64,000 nt of DNA from Deltaproteobacteria bacterium (GTDB lineage Bacteria > Desulfobacterota > Desulfobacteria > Desulfobacterales > C00003060), in assembly GCA_019307135.1 (NCBI GenBank), contig JAFDKF010000001.1, positions 6,104 through 70,103 on the forward strand, given 5' to 3'. Every line of letters begins with the position of its first letter. Within the stretch, counting starts at the first letter, position 1. This document shows positions 15,439 through 25,632 of the stretch, piece by piece. The translations under genes were made by a program, and so were the position numbers. The notes below the pieces were generated by a model, which searched no databases, had not been told where the DNA came from, and worked only from the letters and a program-made list of their open reading frames with translations.

Positions 15439-16098
15439 ATGATCTGCAAAATCCTATTGACAATCTGGATGGCTGTTATCATTGTTGCTTCCTTTTTGTA
15501 CGCAGGAGCAGCCGCTGGCTTTCCAGGCGAGACGTCCCGCATTTTGTTTTTTCATGTGCCCCAGGCATGGATTGCAACGCTGGCTTTTTTGATATCGATG
15601 ATAGCAAGTGCTGTCTATCTGGCCAAACGCCGTGTGAAGGCAGACTATTTGGCTCAATCTGCCGCAGAACTGGGATTCCTATTCTGTGTTCTTGCCACGA
15701 TTACCGGTTCTGTATTCGCAAAGGCTACATGGGGGGCATTTTGGAATTGGGATCCCAGGCAGACCTCGATTGTAATACTGCTCATGATTTATGGGGCCTA
15801 TTTTGCTATCCGTTCGGCAGTCAGTGATCCTGACAGAAGACGGGTATTTGCGGGGGTATATTCGATCCTGGCTTTTGTCACAGTGCCATTTTTGGTCTTT
15901 GTTGTTCCACGGATAACAACATCACTCCATCCTGAGAACACGATGAACCCCGCCAGTCCTGGTATGGACCCGAAAACCTTGAAGGTGTTCTTAGGCTCAT
16001 TATTTGCGTACACCGGATTGTTCGTCTGGATGCTCTGGTTAAAGATAAGGGTATTAAGGATTGAGGGATTGAGGAATTTGGGAATTGAGGAATTGTGA
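15439..16098 (+). CDS. ccmC: Heme exporter protein CcmC
   Basis: Trp-rich WWD-type motif WGAFWNWDPRQT. RBS AGGAG upstream of ATG 15439. The C-terminal residues RIEGLRNLGIEEL are encoded by ATTGAGG-type short repeats. Confidence 0.85.
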   Translation: MICKILLTIWMAVIIVASFLYAGAAAGFPGETSRILFFHVPQAWIATLAFLISMIASAVYLAKRRVKADYLAQSAAELGFLFCVLATITGSVFAKATWGAFWNWDPRQTSIVILLMIYGAYFAIRSAVSDPDRRRVFAGVYSILAFVTVPFLVFVVPRITTSLHPENTMNPASPGMDPKTLKVFLGSLFAYTGLFVWMLWLKIRVLRIEGLRNLGIEEL

Positions 16099-16262
16099 AT
16101 CGGATGCCAGATGCCTGATAGTAGATGCGAGTCACCTGGTTCCAACACATCTGGCATCAGGGATCGGGTTTCAGCCAGACACGAAGTGAAGCTTGCGCTA
16201 AACGATTCGCAACTAACGGATAACAAATAACAAATAACGATTCACGAAATGGGGGCAGACGC

Positions 16263-16385
16263 ATGAAAGAGGGTTTGAGTTTTGTCATGGGGGTTAATCT
16301 TATTATATGGTGTGGCATAGCCCTTTACCTGTTTATCTTGGATCGTAGGATCAAGAAGCTGGAAGAGAGGAATACGGACACGTGA
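16263..16385 (+). CDS. ccmD: Small membrane protein, CcmD-like (40 aa; absent from the ORF track)
   Basis: My translation: MKEGLSFVMGVNLIIWCGIALYLFILDRRIKKLEERNTDT. It has a single TM helix followed by a basic/acidic tail. The TGA (16383-16385) overlaps the ccmE GTG (16382). Confidence 0.6.
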   Translation: MKEGLSFVMGVNLIIWCGIALYLFILDRRIKKLEERNTDT

Positions 16386-16768
16386 ACATGAAAAAATCCT
16401 ACATCATCGGTGCCGTTATTATCGCTTTAGCCATGGTAATGGCGATGTATTCTTTCAAGTCAACCATGACCACTTATGTGAGTGTCAGCGAGGCCAGGGT
16501 GAGCCCTCGACCGGTGCAGGTGGCCGGGATTGTAGCTCTGGGGAGCAAGAAGTATGACCTTCAAAACAATAGATTGATCTTTACCTTGCGGGAAGACAGC
16601 GGCGACGAGATACCGGTTGAATATCACGGGCACAAACCTGCAAATTTTGATGATGTCACAAAGATTGTTGCTACAGGCAAGTACAACACGGAAAGACGGG
16701 TATTTGTGGCAAGAGAACTGCTGGTCAAGTGCCCTACTAAATACGAACAGCGGGTTAAAGGGCAATGA
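16382..16768 (+). CDS. ccmE: Heme chaperone CcmE, CxxxY variant
   Basis: N-terminal TM anchor and OB-fold-like body. The C-terminal KCPTKYE has CxxxY in place of the canonical HxxxY. The start is GTG 16382 (GTGA overlap) or ATG 16388. The stop overlaps the ccmF ATG (ATGA). Confidence 0.8.
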   Translation: MNMKKSYIIGAVIIALAMVMAMYSFKSTMTTYVSVSEARVSPRPVQVAGIVALGSKKYDLQNNRLIFTLREDSGDEIPVEYHGHKPANFDDVTKIVATGKYNTERRVFVARELLVKCPTKYEQRVKGQ

Positions 16769-19020
16769 ACAATCCTGGTCAGATTACTCTGTGGTTGGAA
16801 CTGATTGCTATTTTTGTATCCTCAATATCTTACCTGGTATTGTGTTTCAAGAAACAGCACGCCCCCGCACAAAAAGTGGCCCGTCTGGGTTTTGTCGGCT
16901 TTGCCATATGTACTACCATAGCTTCAATCCTGTTGATGTACTTCATCCTGAATCACGATTTTCGTTACAGCTATGTAGCCGGATATTCGTCCCGTGACCT
17001 ACCCTTAGAGTATCTGATTAGCTCCTTCTGGGCGGGCCAGGAGGGGAGCTTCCTTCTGTGGGTATTGCTTGGGTCCTGGCTTGGCATCCTGCTTATGTTC
17101 AAGGCAAAGGATATGGAGCCCCAGGTGATGCTCATCTATAACCTGAATCACATCTTCCTTATAATTCTGTTGATCAAGCAGAGTCCCTTTGAATTACTCC
17201 TCTTTCCTCCCCCTGACGGTCACGGGCTAAACATGCTCCTGCAGGACCCGTGGATGGTTATCCATCCGCCTGTGGTGTTTTTAGGTTATGCTGCATTTGC
17301 CATTCCTTTTGCCTTCGCCGTTGCCGCTCTATGGCGCAGAGAATATGACCGGTGGGTAAGGCCTGCCCTGCCCTGGACTGCTTTCGCGTTCGTGAGCTTG
17401 GGGGCTGGTATTTTCATTGGCGGTTATTGGTCGTATAAGGTCTTGGGGTGGGGCGGCTATTGGGGCTGGGATCCAGTGGAAAACGCGTCCCTTTTGCCGT
17501 GGCTTGCAGGAACCGCATTAATGCACGGCATGATATTGCAGCGCACGCTGGGCAAATTGCCCAAGACAAACTTCTTGTTGGCAGCTCTTTCGTTCGTTTT
17601 GGTCATATATTGCACGTTTTTGACGCGCTCAGGGGTTCTTGCTGATTTTTCGGTCCATTCTTTTGTGGATCTCGGGATTACCGGTTGGCTGGTCATCTTC
17701 ATGCTTGCACTCCTGGCGATCTCCCTTGGTCTCTTAGTCATCCGGGCAAAGGATATCCCTGTGCCCAGAAAGGGCAAAAGCATCAAGTTGTTTTCCAGGG
17801 AATTTGGCTTTATCGCCGCCATTATCCTCCTTTGCCTGTGTACGGTTTTTACGGGCCTGGGCACGTCTGCGCCTCTTATAACCAGGGTGCTTGAAAAAGC
17901 CTCAAAGGTGTCAACTGAGTTTTACGTGTACGTGAATTTGCCTCTGGCGATTCCTATGCTGTTGTTGTTGAGCTTTGTTCCGTTGATGGTCTGGGGGAAA
18001 AACAGCCTTTCGAGGCTCGGCCCCAAATTGATCTGGGCCATAGCAGGCGCGATCGTAGCGGTGCTTATCACCCTGTTGAATGGATATCCGGATATGGGGG
18101 TGGGGCTCGTTTCACTTGGGGTGTTGCTCCTTTCACTGTTTGCCGGGGCTGCTGTGGGGATGAATCTTTTCTTGACTGCAAAGCTCATCAGAAAGAAGAT
18201 AATAATCTCAAGTGCTCCAATCGCCCATTTAGGGGTTGGTGTGATGTTTCTCGGCATCGTTGCATCCTCTGCCTATGATAAGTCCGAGAAGGTATTGCTT
18301 GAGCAAGGCGCTGTTAAAAGCGCAATGGGCTATGAACTCGAGCTCGGTGAATCGGCGTTCTCAAGGGAGGGCAAGGGGGTCCGTCTCCGCCTTCCCCTGC
18401 ACGTGGAAAAAGAGGGCGCTAAGTTCATCGCTCAGCCCGATATATACTCTGAACGCGCACCAGATGGTCAGGCCAAGCGCTTCATGCATCCCCATATTGA
18501 GCAAGGACTTGTGTCAGACCTTTACATATCTCCGGTGGATTATCTCCCCGGCAAAAAGAACAATTGTTCAGGAAACCACATCGTATTACAGAAGGACAAC
18601 GAGGTTAAGTTTCATGACTACAGACTAAAATTCGTGGGTTTTGATGTGTCGGGCATGATGGGCAGAAAAGGCGCACAGGATATGAGCGTAGGGGCCGTTA
18701 TTGTGGTTTCCTATAAAGGAGCCGAATCGGTTAGCTTGAAACCGATGATGATTATGGGAAAAAAAGACGACCTCTCAAGCCGGGTCAAACTGCCCGGGCC
18801 GGAAGATGCCTATCTGACTCTCATGACCATAGACGCAGGCGCCAAAACGATTGGTCTTGCCTACCACGGACCGGCATCTGCTGCCAAGAAACATATTGAA
18901 AAACCCCCTGCGCTGATTGCGGAGGTTAGCATAAAACCCGGCATGACCATGCTGTGGCTGGGCACTATCCTTATTCTTGCAGGAGGCACTATCGCTATTG
19001 TTCGGCGTTTGCCGAAATGA
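16765..19020 (+). CDS. ccmF: Cytochrome c-type biogenesis protein CcmF (751 aa, long C-terminal region)
   Basis: Polytopic membrane protein with the WWD motif WGGYWGWDPVENASLLPW. Translationally coupled to ccmE. Confidence 0.85.
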   Translation: MNNPGQITLWLELIAIFVSSISYLVLCFKKQHAPAQKVARLGFVGFAICTTIASILLMYFILNHDFRYSYVAGYSSRDLPLEYLISSFWAGQEGSFLLWVLLGSWLGILLMFKAKDMEPQVMLIYNLNHIFLIILLIKQSPFELLLFPPPDGHGLNMLLQDPWMVIHPPVVFLGYAAFAIPFAFAVAALWRREYDRWVRPALPWTAFAFVSLGAGIFIGGYWSYKVLGWGGYWGWDPVENASLLPWLAGTALMHGMILQRTLGKLPKTNFLLAALSFVLVIYCTFLTRSGVLADFSVHSFVDLGITGWLVIFMLALLAISLGLLVIRAKDIPVPRKGKSIKLFSREFGFIAAIILLCLCTVFTGLGTSAPLITRVLEKASKVSTEFYVYVNLPLAIPMLLLLSFVPLMVWGKNSLSRLGPKLIWAIAGAIVAVLITLLNGYPDMGVGLVSLGVLLLSLFAGAAVGMNLFLTAKLIRKKIIISSAPIAHLGVGVMFLGIVASSAYDKSEKVLLEQGAVKSAMGYELELGESAFSREGKGVRLRLPLHVEKEGAKFIAQPDIYSERAPDGQAKRFMHPHIEQGLVSDLYISPVDYLPGKKNNCSGNHIVLQKDNEVKFHDYRLKFVGFDVSGMMGRKGAQDMSVGAVIVVSYKGAESVSLKPMMIMGKKDDLSSRVKLPGPEDAYLTLMTIDAGAKTIGLAYHGPASAAKKHIEKPPALIAEVSIKPGMTMLWLGTILILAGGTIAIVRRLPK

Positions 19021-19237
19021 GCTAATTTCCATCCAGAAATGGCCCCTTTCCGCTGATGAAACAGTCCCTTTCCCTTCGGCTTCGCTGTATATCTTGAATT
19101 TCCTGTCTTCATTCAATATTAGTCAATAACGTCCCAAGCCATGCACAGCAGCAGAGATGATTAAAAAAACTGTTGAAGATAAGGGATTGTCTAAAAGAAT
19201 CGAGCAACTGATCGAGACCGTTCACGAAAATTAAGAA

Positions 19238-20053
19238 TTAAAGCTCTGACACCGCTTTTTCCTTGAACTGTTTCAGAAACGCAGCCAGGTTCGCATCTTT
19301 GCGAATTCCCAGGCGGGTTAGAGAAAAATCATATCTGACCGGATCCGCGGGAGCAATGGTTTGGAAGGCTTTCGTGATCTGTGTTGCCGTGCGCATGTCT
19401 GCCTGTTTCCGCGTTATAAGCCCAAGGAACTGACAAATCTTGTACATATGAGTATCAACTGGAACGATTAGCTTTGATACAGGAACATTTTCCCATCCTC
19501 CCGGATCTACCTCATCAGAGCGTACCATCCACCGGAGGAAGAGGTTGAGTCGCTTGCATGCGCTGCCCCTCGAGGGCGATGGCACCATGTGCTCCAAGCT
19601 GTCATCAGCGCAGACGATCAATTCGCTTGTAAAGGCGGAAAGGGCCGGAAGTATTGTGTCGTCATCGTCATTCAACCCGGCCGAAAAACACGCCTGAAGA
19701 GAACCGTGGTGCTCCAAAGCTTCCCTGACACCAAACAACATAGCGCAAAGTTTTTGGTCGTCGGTAAACCGGTGCTTGAAGCCAGAAAAGGTCTGGCGCA
19801 TCGTTTTAAGGGAGGTCCGCTTTAAGAAAATCGATGGAGTTGGTTCCATCCGTTCAAGAACAGAGGAAACGCTCTTGAGAATATGGTCAACCCTTCCGTA
19901 GGCAAGCGATGAGGCAACAAATGCCACAATTTCACGGTCACAGAGATCCTCGTAATGATACAGGAACTCAAGGGGGTCAGGATGTACAAACTCGCGCCGA
20001 TTGTATTGACGGTAAAGCTCCTCGAGTCTGTCTTTCGAAATTCTTGGTGACAT
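19238..20053 (-). CDS. Conserved hypothetical protein, TIGR02757/DUF2400-like
   Basis: N-terminal YNRREFVHPDPLEFLY...DREIVAFVASSLAYGRV and later NLFLRWMVR match my recollection of the family. By eye only. Confidence 0.5.
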   Translation of the reverse strand: MSPRISKDRLEELYRQYNRREFVHPDPLEFLYHYEDLCDREIVAFVASSLAYGRVDHILKSVSSVLERMEPTPSIFLKRTSLKTMRQTFSGFKHRFTDDQKLCAMLFGVREALEHHGSLQACFSAGLNDDDDTILPALSAFTSELIVCADDSLEHMVPSPSRGSACKRLNLFLRWMVRSDEVDPGGWENVPVSKLIVPVDTHMYKICQFLGLITRKQADMRTATQITKAFQTIAPADPVRYDFSLTRLGIRKDANLAAFLKQFKEKAVSEL

Positions 20054-20382
20054 GCGTACGCAACTCTATCAAGGCAGAAGCTGAAAAGCGGAAGTGAAAA
20101 GAAATGTTTTTTCAATGATCTTCGACAACCTGTCTCTTTCTGGCTCCTTGTCCTTCTGGCCTCCCTTTTTCGTCCTTATCCTCCTCTATGCTTTATTCGT
20201 AATCCTTGGGAACCGCGCAAATCATGATTAAGGGCTCGCTTGCCGATTTGTTCTTATAAATAAAACCAAACGATATCGATGACAAATCCTCAGCTGTTTC
20301 TCTTTGTACCGCTATAAGTAAATGCCTTTCCTATCATCTTTATATGGTTTCCTTTATCGATACCAATATCCCTACCGCACTT

Positions 20383-20991
20383 TTACAACCCCAATTCATC
20401 ACTGATTTCCTGCATCGCCTTTATAGCGATATCAAAGAATCCATTTAGTTCCACGCCTGTATTTTCTATCTCTGCAATAAACTCCCGATTACAATTTCGT
20501 GCAAATGCCTTACTCTTATACTTCTTTTTGAGTGACTTGACTTTCACATTTGCAAGTTTCTTTTCAGGATTCATCAATGCTGCCGCATAGATCAGCCCGG
20601 TGACAGTTTCGGCAGCCACCAGGGCATGCTCTATGTTCCTTGTTCTCTTTTTGCCTGCCACGTTTCCTCCGCCGCATTCCGATCCCCAGGCGTGCGAGCA
20701 AATAACATCAATGGCCTCACTGGAAACCCCGGCATCCTTCAGGATGCTTATAGCAAGTACACAGTGATTGACCGGATCGTCCTTTGTCTTGTCAAAATCA
20801 ATGTCATGGAGTAGCCCGAGGATCCCCCACTGTTCTTCGTCTTGACCAAAGTATTTAGCCAACCCTCGCATGATTTGCTCTGATGCTCTACAATGCTTAC
20901 GCACACCAGGATCTTTCACATGTGCATCAAACAGTGATTTGGCCTGATCATATGACAAGTTCGTATTTACAGGCTCAAAATGTGGATCCAT
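20383..20991 (-). CDS. HD-domain metal-dependent phosphohydrolase
   Basis: The H...HD motif (LGLLHDIDF) and downstream His residues are typical of the HD superfamily. Confidence 0.65.
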   Translation of the reverse strand: MDPHFEPVNTNLSYDQAKSLFDAHVKDPGVRKHCRASEQIMRGLAKYFGQDEEQWGILGLLHDIDFDKTKDDPVNHCVLAISILKDAGVSSEAIDVICSHAWGSECGGGNVAGKKRTRNIEHALVAAETVTGLIYAAALMNPEKKLANVKVKSLKKKYKSKAFARNCNREFIAEIENTGVELNGFFDIAIKAMQEISDELGL

Positions 20992-21130
20992 AAGTTATAC
21001 CTCCCAATATTTCCTTTCATGCAGCGTACTCGACGGTTGCTGCCGTGTAATTCGATGACACTATCATCCGGAATGCCGGATTCTTGGTGCAGACCGTCAA
21101 TGTTTTGGGTACGGACGTCCTATTTTCATG

Positions 21131-22330
21131 TCAGTATTTGAACACCCCATTCTCGTAAAGGATCACCCGATCTCCTGAAGTGAGATAGGCGGTGACTGTC
21201 TTTTTTTCGGTGTTCACCAGGTCCCAGTGAAGGGCCGAATCATTGAACCCCAATTTCCTCTTCTTCTCCTTTGTCAGCTCAGAGGGATTTCCGTCGTAGG
21301 TATCCGAATAGGATGCACCCAGGGCAATATGGCAGTTTCCGTAACGGCCGCCGTAATTTTCATCAAAAAGGGTATTCGCCATGAACTTATCAATCCTGGA
21401 GAATCGCCTGTCGGTCAAGGAAAACTCCCCAACCCTGCGTGCGCCTTTATCCATTGCTATTTGTTTGATGACGAAATCCTCCCCTTTTTCCGCTTCGGCC
21501 TTCAAGGCGTTTCCCTTCTTGAACTCCAATTTCACGCCCTCCACATAGTTTCCGCTCCGGAAAGATGGTTGGTTCGCAAAATAGACCCCTTCGGTTTCTC
21601 TCCAGTCAGGGGAAAGAAAGATTTCAAAGCTGGGAATGTTATGTCCCGAGATTCCAATCCACTTCCTCCTTTGTCCCGGCGTGATTCTGAGGTCAATCTT
21701 TTCGGACTGGATATGATAGTATTTTACCTCCATGCTATTGATCCATTTTTTGACAGCCATGGCCTCTTTGTAAAAGGTCTTCCACCCTCGAACCGGATCG
21801 CCTCTATCAAGGTAACACGCTTTGATGATCTGATTTGAATACTGCCTCATGGTGAGCCCGGCCCGCTTTGCCAGCTCTGGGGTTGGAAGCATACAAAGGG
21901 TCCAGCCAAAGGCCCCCACTTCTTCTCGTTTTTCCAGGATCTCGCGAAGCGGCTTCCTGGAGATCACCGCCTTTGCAATCTTTCTTGGATCAATGTCGCT
22001 GAGATGGGTCAGCGATTCCGGGGCATGGAGATACAGGCTACCGTTTAAATGTTCGTAAAGCTCCTTCTCTCCTGGTGGCTGGAAAACGAGTTGTTTGTTA
22101 TTGGCCTTCTCGTAGAAATGGCGCTCCATTTTGGATGTCAGGCCCATGCGCAAGACCGGGTGCATCCCCATATCAAGAACCTTTGCCTGAAGGCGCTCGG
22201 CCATCCCCATGGCAGCAAGATCGTATCGAATCAAGACGATGTCATTTTTTCTGAAGTTGCCGCTCCTTGCGGTTTTTAGCCCCCACAGCAAGACATCTGC
22301 ATAGCGGTCTAATTGTGTATCTGAAAGCAT
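21131..22330 (-). CDS. Aminopeptidase, M29 (AmpS/PepS) family
   Basis: I place the start at ATG 22330, preceded by GGAGGG (the ORF track starts at TTG 22345). N-terminal LDRYADVLLWGL..., C-terminal NCHIALGASY, and a length typical of M29. Confidence 0.7.
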   Translation of the reverse strand: MLSDTQLDRYADVLLWGLKTARSGNFRKNDIVLIRYDLAAMGMAERLQAKVLDMGMHPVLRMGLTSKMERHFYEKANNKQLVFQPPGEKELYEHLNGSLYLHAPESLTHLSDIDPRKIAKAVISRKPLREILEKREEVGAFGWTLCMLPTPELAKRAGLTMRQYSNQIIKACYLDRGDPVRGWKTFYKEAMAVKKWINSMEVKYYHIQSEKIDLRITPGQRRKWIGISGHNIPSFEIFLSPDWRETEGVYFANQPSFRSGNYVEGVKLEFKKGNALKAEAEKGEDFVIKQIAMDKGARRVGEFSLTDRRFSRIDKFMANTLFDENYGGRYGNCHIALGASYSDTYDGNPSELTKEKKRKLGFNDSALHWDLVNTEKKTVTAYLTSGDRVILYENGVFKY

Positions 22331-22729
22331 GATCGAGCCCTCCAACTTGACGGTATAGGATTTCCTTTTATTAAGCGGCGTAGCCGTGTTATATAAAATC
22401 CCCGCCTGCCAACGCCCCGTACGGCATGCAGCTTACACGCTAGCGTGCCTGGCAATGGCGGGCAGGGCGAAGCGATTTTATAACTTGAAATTTTCTCCCC
22501 CGCGTTCTTGTGGTGAAGTGTAGCTCAACTTCGAACGGAAATCAATCATCCCGTCGTCTAAGTACCCCCCTACCTTGACGTTGCCTTGCTCCGTCAGGCT
22601 GGGTCTGGACTTTGCCCGATACCTGTGTCATAGTATCGGACAGCACCATTTAGCAGCCGGGCCATGCCCGGTACACAACAATGGATGCATTGTGCCTTCT
22701 AGCAAGAGAATCCAAATAAGGAAGTCTGC

Positions 22730-22831
22730 ATGATCACAAATGGTGAAAAAGGCTACATCGACGCTGAGATTGTCAAGAAGAAAGCCAGCTTCCCTGAAAG
22801 GCAAACCATCGTAGGGGTGCTTTTGTTATGA
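22730..22831 (+). CDS. Possible 33-aa upstream ORF translationally coupled to pgsA
   Basis: ATG 22730 is preceded by AAGGAAG. My translation is MITNGEKGYIDAEIVKKKASFPERQTIVGVLLL. The TGA overlaps the pgsA ATG (ATGA). No recognisable family. Confidence 0.3.
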   Translation: MITNGEKGYIDAEIVKKKASFPERQTIVGVLLL

Positions 22832-23388
22832 CTGTTGCGAACAAAATTACCGTGTTGCGGATTATCCTTGTGCCGGTTTTCATTGTATTCACCATTCCGG
22901 ATGCCACCTGGACCAGGTTTGTCGCTGCTTCAATCTTCGTGATAGCCTGTGCCACAGACCCTTTGGACGGGTACTTTGCTCGAAGCCGCGACGAGGTCAG
23001 TGTGCTGGGAAGTTTTCTTGACCCCCTGGCCGACAAACTGCTCACCATGAGCGCTTTTATCGTTATGGTAAAGTATCAGATCGTGGCTGCGTGGATGGCA
23101 ACCATTATCGTCGGTAGAGAGGTTACGATCACCGGGCTCAGGGCCATAGTCTCTCAGCAGATGGGTGCCGTTATCCCGGCTAACCGATGGGGAAAAATAA
23201 AGACACTGGTGCAAATGGTAGGTGGCAGTATCCTGCTCTTCATGATCCCTTCTGGCGATTACAGTCAGGAAGTAAGTCTTGCCCTGCCTCCGGTTGCCAA
23301 TCTCATTATGTCGGTTATATTAGCAGCCACAATTTGGTCGGGATGGGTGTATGTTAAGGAATACAGGGACTACCTTAAAGGCTCCTAG
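22828..23388 (+). CDS. pgsA: CDP-diacylglycerol--glycerol-3-phosphate 3-phosphatidyltransferase
   Basis: CDP-alcohol phosphatidyltransferase motif DPLDGYFAR...G..LDPLADK. About 186 aa, multi-TM. Confidence 0.85.
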   Translation: MTVANKITVLRIILVPVFIVFTIPDATWTRFVAASIFVIACATDPLDGYFARSRDEVSVLGSFLDPLADKLLTMSAFIVMVKYQIVAAWMATIIVGREVTITGLRAIVSQQMGAVIPANRWGKIKTLVQMVGGSILLFMIPSGDYSQEVSLALPPVANLIMSVILAATIWSGWVYVKEYRDYLKGS

Positions 23389-23400
23389 TTCTCTTGTGGG

Positions 23401-23458
23401 GGTTCACAGGTTCAGAGTTTCGGTGAACCCTGAATCTGTGAACCCATGAACGGTTACG
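23401..23458. repeat. Hairpin of the GGTTCAG/CTGAACC family ending ATGAACGGTTACG
   Basis: GGTTCACAGGTTCAGAGTTTCGGTGAACCCTGAATCTGTGAACCCATGAACGGTTACG. It starts 12 nt after the pgsA stop and ends 4 nt before the ATG of the radical-SAM gene. Confidence 0.8.
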
Positions 23459-23462
23459 TAAC

Positions 23463-25325
23463 ATGAAAGGAGAGAGAACCGGTCAATTGGAACGCGTTGC
23501 TTTGGTTTCAACCCCCTGGCCTCTTTATAACCGTCCTTCCATTCAGCTCGGTGCCCTTAAGGCCTATCTAAAAGCGCAGTTTCCCGAGTTAAAGGTACAG
23601 GCCCTTCACGTCTATCTCAAGGTAGCCGAATGCATTGGATACAAACTGTATCGTGCCATATCGGAAAGGACCTGGCTGGCAGAATCGGTTTATGCCGCCC
23701 TGCTATTTTCTGAACGAACAAAAGAGATCGAAAAGGTTTTTTACCGAGAGGCCAGGGGTAAGCCCCACCTTCGCAAGATTGATTTCAAGACGCTAACCTC
23801 CCATGTCAGGGACGTGTCCGACAGTTTTATTAACAGCGTGGATTGGGGACATTGCAGGCTTGCAGCTTTTTCAATATGTCTTTGTCAGCTCACCTCTTCG
23901 CTCTATTTTATCAAGCGAATCAAGCAGAAGTTTCCAGATCTTGCCATCGTGATAGGCGGGTCTATGTTCGCGGGAGACTCAACCCGGAACCTGTTCCAGG
24001 TGTTTCCGGAGATCGATTTTGTGGTCAATGGTGAAGGCGAGCTTCCGCTGAGCCAATTGGTTCGTCATCTGATAGATTCTCAAAGCCGTGAGGATATACC
24101 CCCGATTCCAGGGGTTGTCACGCGAAACGCTGCAAGAGATAGCACCCCTGCTCCCTTCTGCCAGGTGGAGGCCCTGAGCAGCCTCCCACCCCCGGACTAC
24201 GATGACTACTTTCATATGCTTAAAACATTCAGCCCGCAAAAAACCTTCTTCCCCACCGTTCCAGCCGAAATATCCCGGGGCTGCTGGTGGCGCCGGCAAC
24301 AAAGCGCCGGCAAATACTCGGGGTGCGCCTTTTGCAATCTCAACCTCCAGTGGGACGGATACAGGTCAAAGAGTCCAATACAAGTGGTCTCCGAGATCGA
24401 TCACCTGACCACAAAGCACAAGACACTCTCTGTGGCCTTTATGGATAACCTCTTTCCGGTGAAAGCGTCCAGAGAGATTTTTGAACAGCTTGGCAGGTTA
24501 AACAAGGATTTTCGTTTCTTCGGCGAGATGCGGGCCTCCACACCAAGACGCGTGCTGGAGGCCATGCAGGCCGCAGGGATGCACGAGGTCCAGATCGGTA
24601 TTGAGGCCCTTAGCACACGGCTGCTTAAGAAACTGAACAAAGGGACCACGGCCATCCAGAACCTGGAAATCATGAAACACTGCGAAGACCTCGGCATTGC
24701 AAATGTTTCGAATCTGATACTCCATTTTCCTGGCAGCGACCACCATGATGTGGAGGAGACTCTGCAAAACTTAGAGTTCGCCCTGCCGTTCCGTCCACTG
24801 AGGTTTGTCCATTTCTGGCTTGGCCTTGGGAGTCCTGTGTGGCAAGATTCACGGGCCTTTGGGCTTAGGGCGGTCTTCAACCATCCAAATTATGCTGCCC
24901 TATTCCCACCAGATATTTCCCGCTCCATGCGTTTTATGATCCAGGCATATCGCGGCGACCTTGGGCATCAAAGGAAACTCTGGCAACCGGTCAAGAAAAA
25001 GGTAAGGGCCTGGAAAAAGGCATACGCCGAAATACACAAAGGTTCTTCGCGTTCACCCATCCTCAGCTTTCGGGATGGCCGGGACTTTTTGATCATACGC
25101 CAGAAGCGGTTTAAGGCCGAACCCTTGACGCACCGCCTCGTGGGAACGTCCAGAACGATCTACCTTTTCTGCCAGAAACATCGTTCGCTCAAGATGATCC
25201 TGGCCCATTTTCCGGGGGTAGCTGAGGACAGGATCACGCCTTTTTTAAGGATGATGGTGGACAAGAAATTGATGTTCGAAGAAAATGGGAAATACCTGAG
25301 CCTGGCCGTGCCGGTCAGGCCATAG
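23463..25325 (+). CDS. B12-binding-domain radical SAM enzyme, resembling RiPP-maturation C-methyltransferase-type (TIGR03975-like) proteins
   Basis: N-terminal VALVSTPWPLYNRPSIQLGALKAYL (B12-domain style). Cluster motif SRGCWWRRQQSAGKYSGCAFCNLN, i.e. C-x13-C-x2-C rather than C-x3-C-x2-C. The subfamily call is from memory only. Confidence 0.55.
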   Translation: MKGERTGQLERVALVSTPWPLYNRPSIQLGALKAYLKAQFPELKVQALHVYLKVAECIGYKLYRAISERTWLAESVYAALLFSERTKEIEKVFYREARGKPHLRKIDFKTLTSHVRDVSDSFINSVDWGHCRLAAFSICLCQLTSSLYFIKRIKQKFPDLAIVIGGSMFAGDSTRNLFQVFPEIDFVVNGEGELPLSQLVRHLIDSQSREDIPPIPGVVTRNAARDSTPAPFCQVEALSSLPPPDYDDYFHMLKTFSPQKTFFPTVPAEISRGCWWRRQQSAGKYSGCAFCNLNLQWDGYRSKSPIQVVSEIDHLTTKHKTLSVAFMDNLFPVKASREIFEQLGRLNKDFRFFGEMRASTPRRVLEAMQAAGMHEVQIGIEALSTRLLKKLNKGTTAIQNLEIMKHCEDLGIANVSNLILHFPGSDHHDVEETLQNLEFALPFRPLRFVHFWLGLGSPVWQDSRAFGLRAVFNHPNYAALFPPDISRSMRFMIQAYRGDLGHQRKLWQPVKKKVRAWKKAYAEIHKGSSRSPILSFRDGRDFLIIRQKRFKAEPLTHRLVGTSRTIYLFCQKHRSLKMILAHFPGVAEDRITPFLRMMVDKKLMFEENGKYLSLAVPVRP

Positions 25326-25632
25326 GTTTTTGCTCAATGCAAAATGGAAAGTGCAAATGAAAAATGAAAAAATAGCCCCGTATTCGCCGAAAGGTTGCGG
25401 TTGCGCGGCTCGTTTCGGTGATCGGTTGTGGGAGCGGCTTTCTAGCCGCGACCATCGGGGCTGAAAGCCCCTCCCGCAGCGCCCTGGCACGACAGCTCGT
25501 AGGGGCGGGTTTATCCCGCCCGAATGACAGGCGGCGTAAAGCCGTCCCTACGAGAAAAACCCGGTCTGGGCCAGGGTCTCGAAAAATGACGCAGCCGACT
25601 GACGATAGCCGTTAACTCGATGAGGATAAACC

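Noticed and set aside
25326-25632. Possible precursor-peptide gene downstream of the radical-SAM enzyme
   Set aside because: The region consists of palindromic REP modules (GTGGGAGCGGCTTTCTAGCCGCGA.., GTAGGGGCGGGTTTATCCCGCCC..). The ORFs there (25245..25490, 25418..25615) are repeat translations without RBS.
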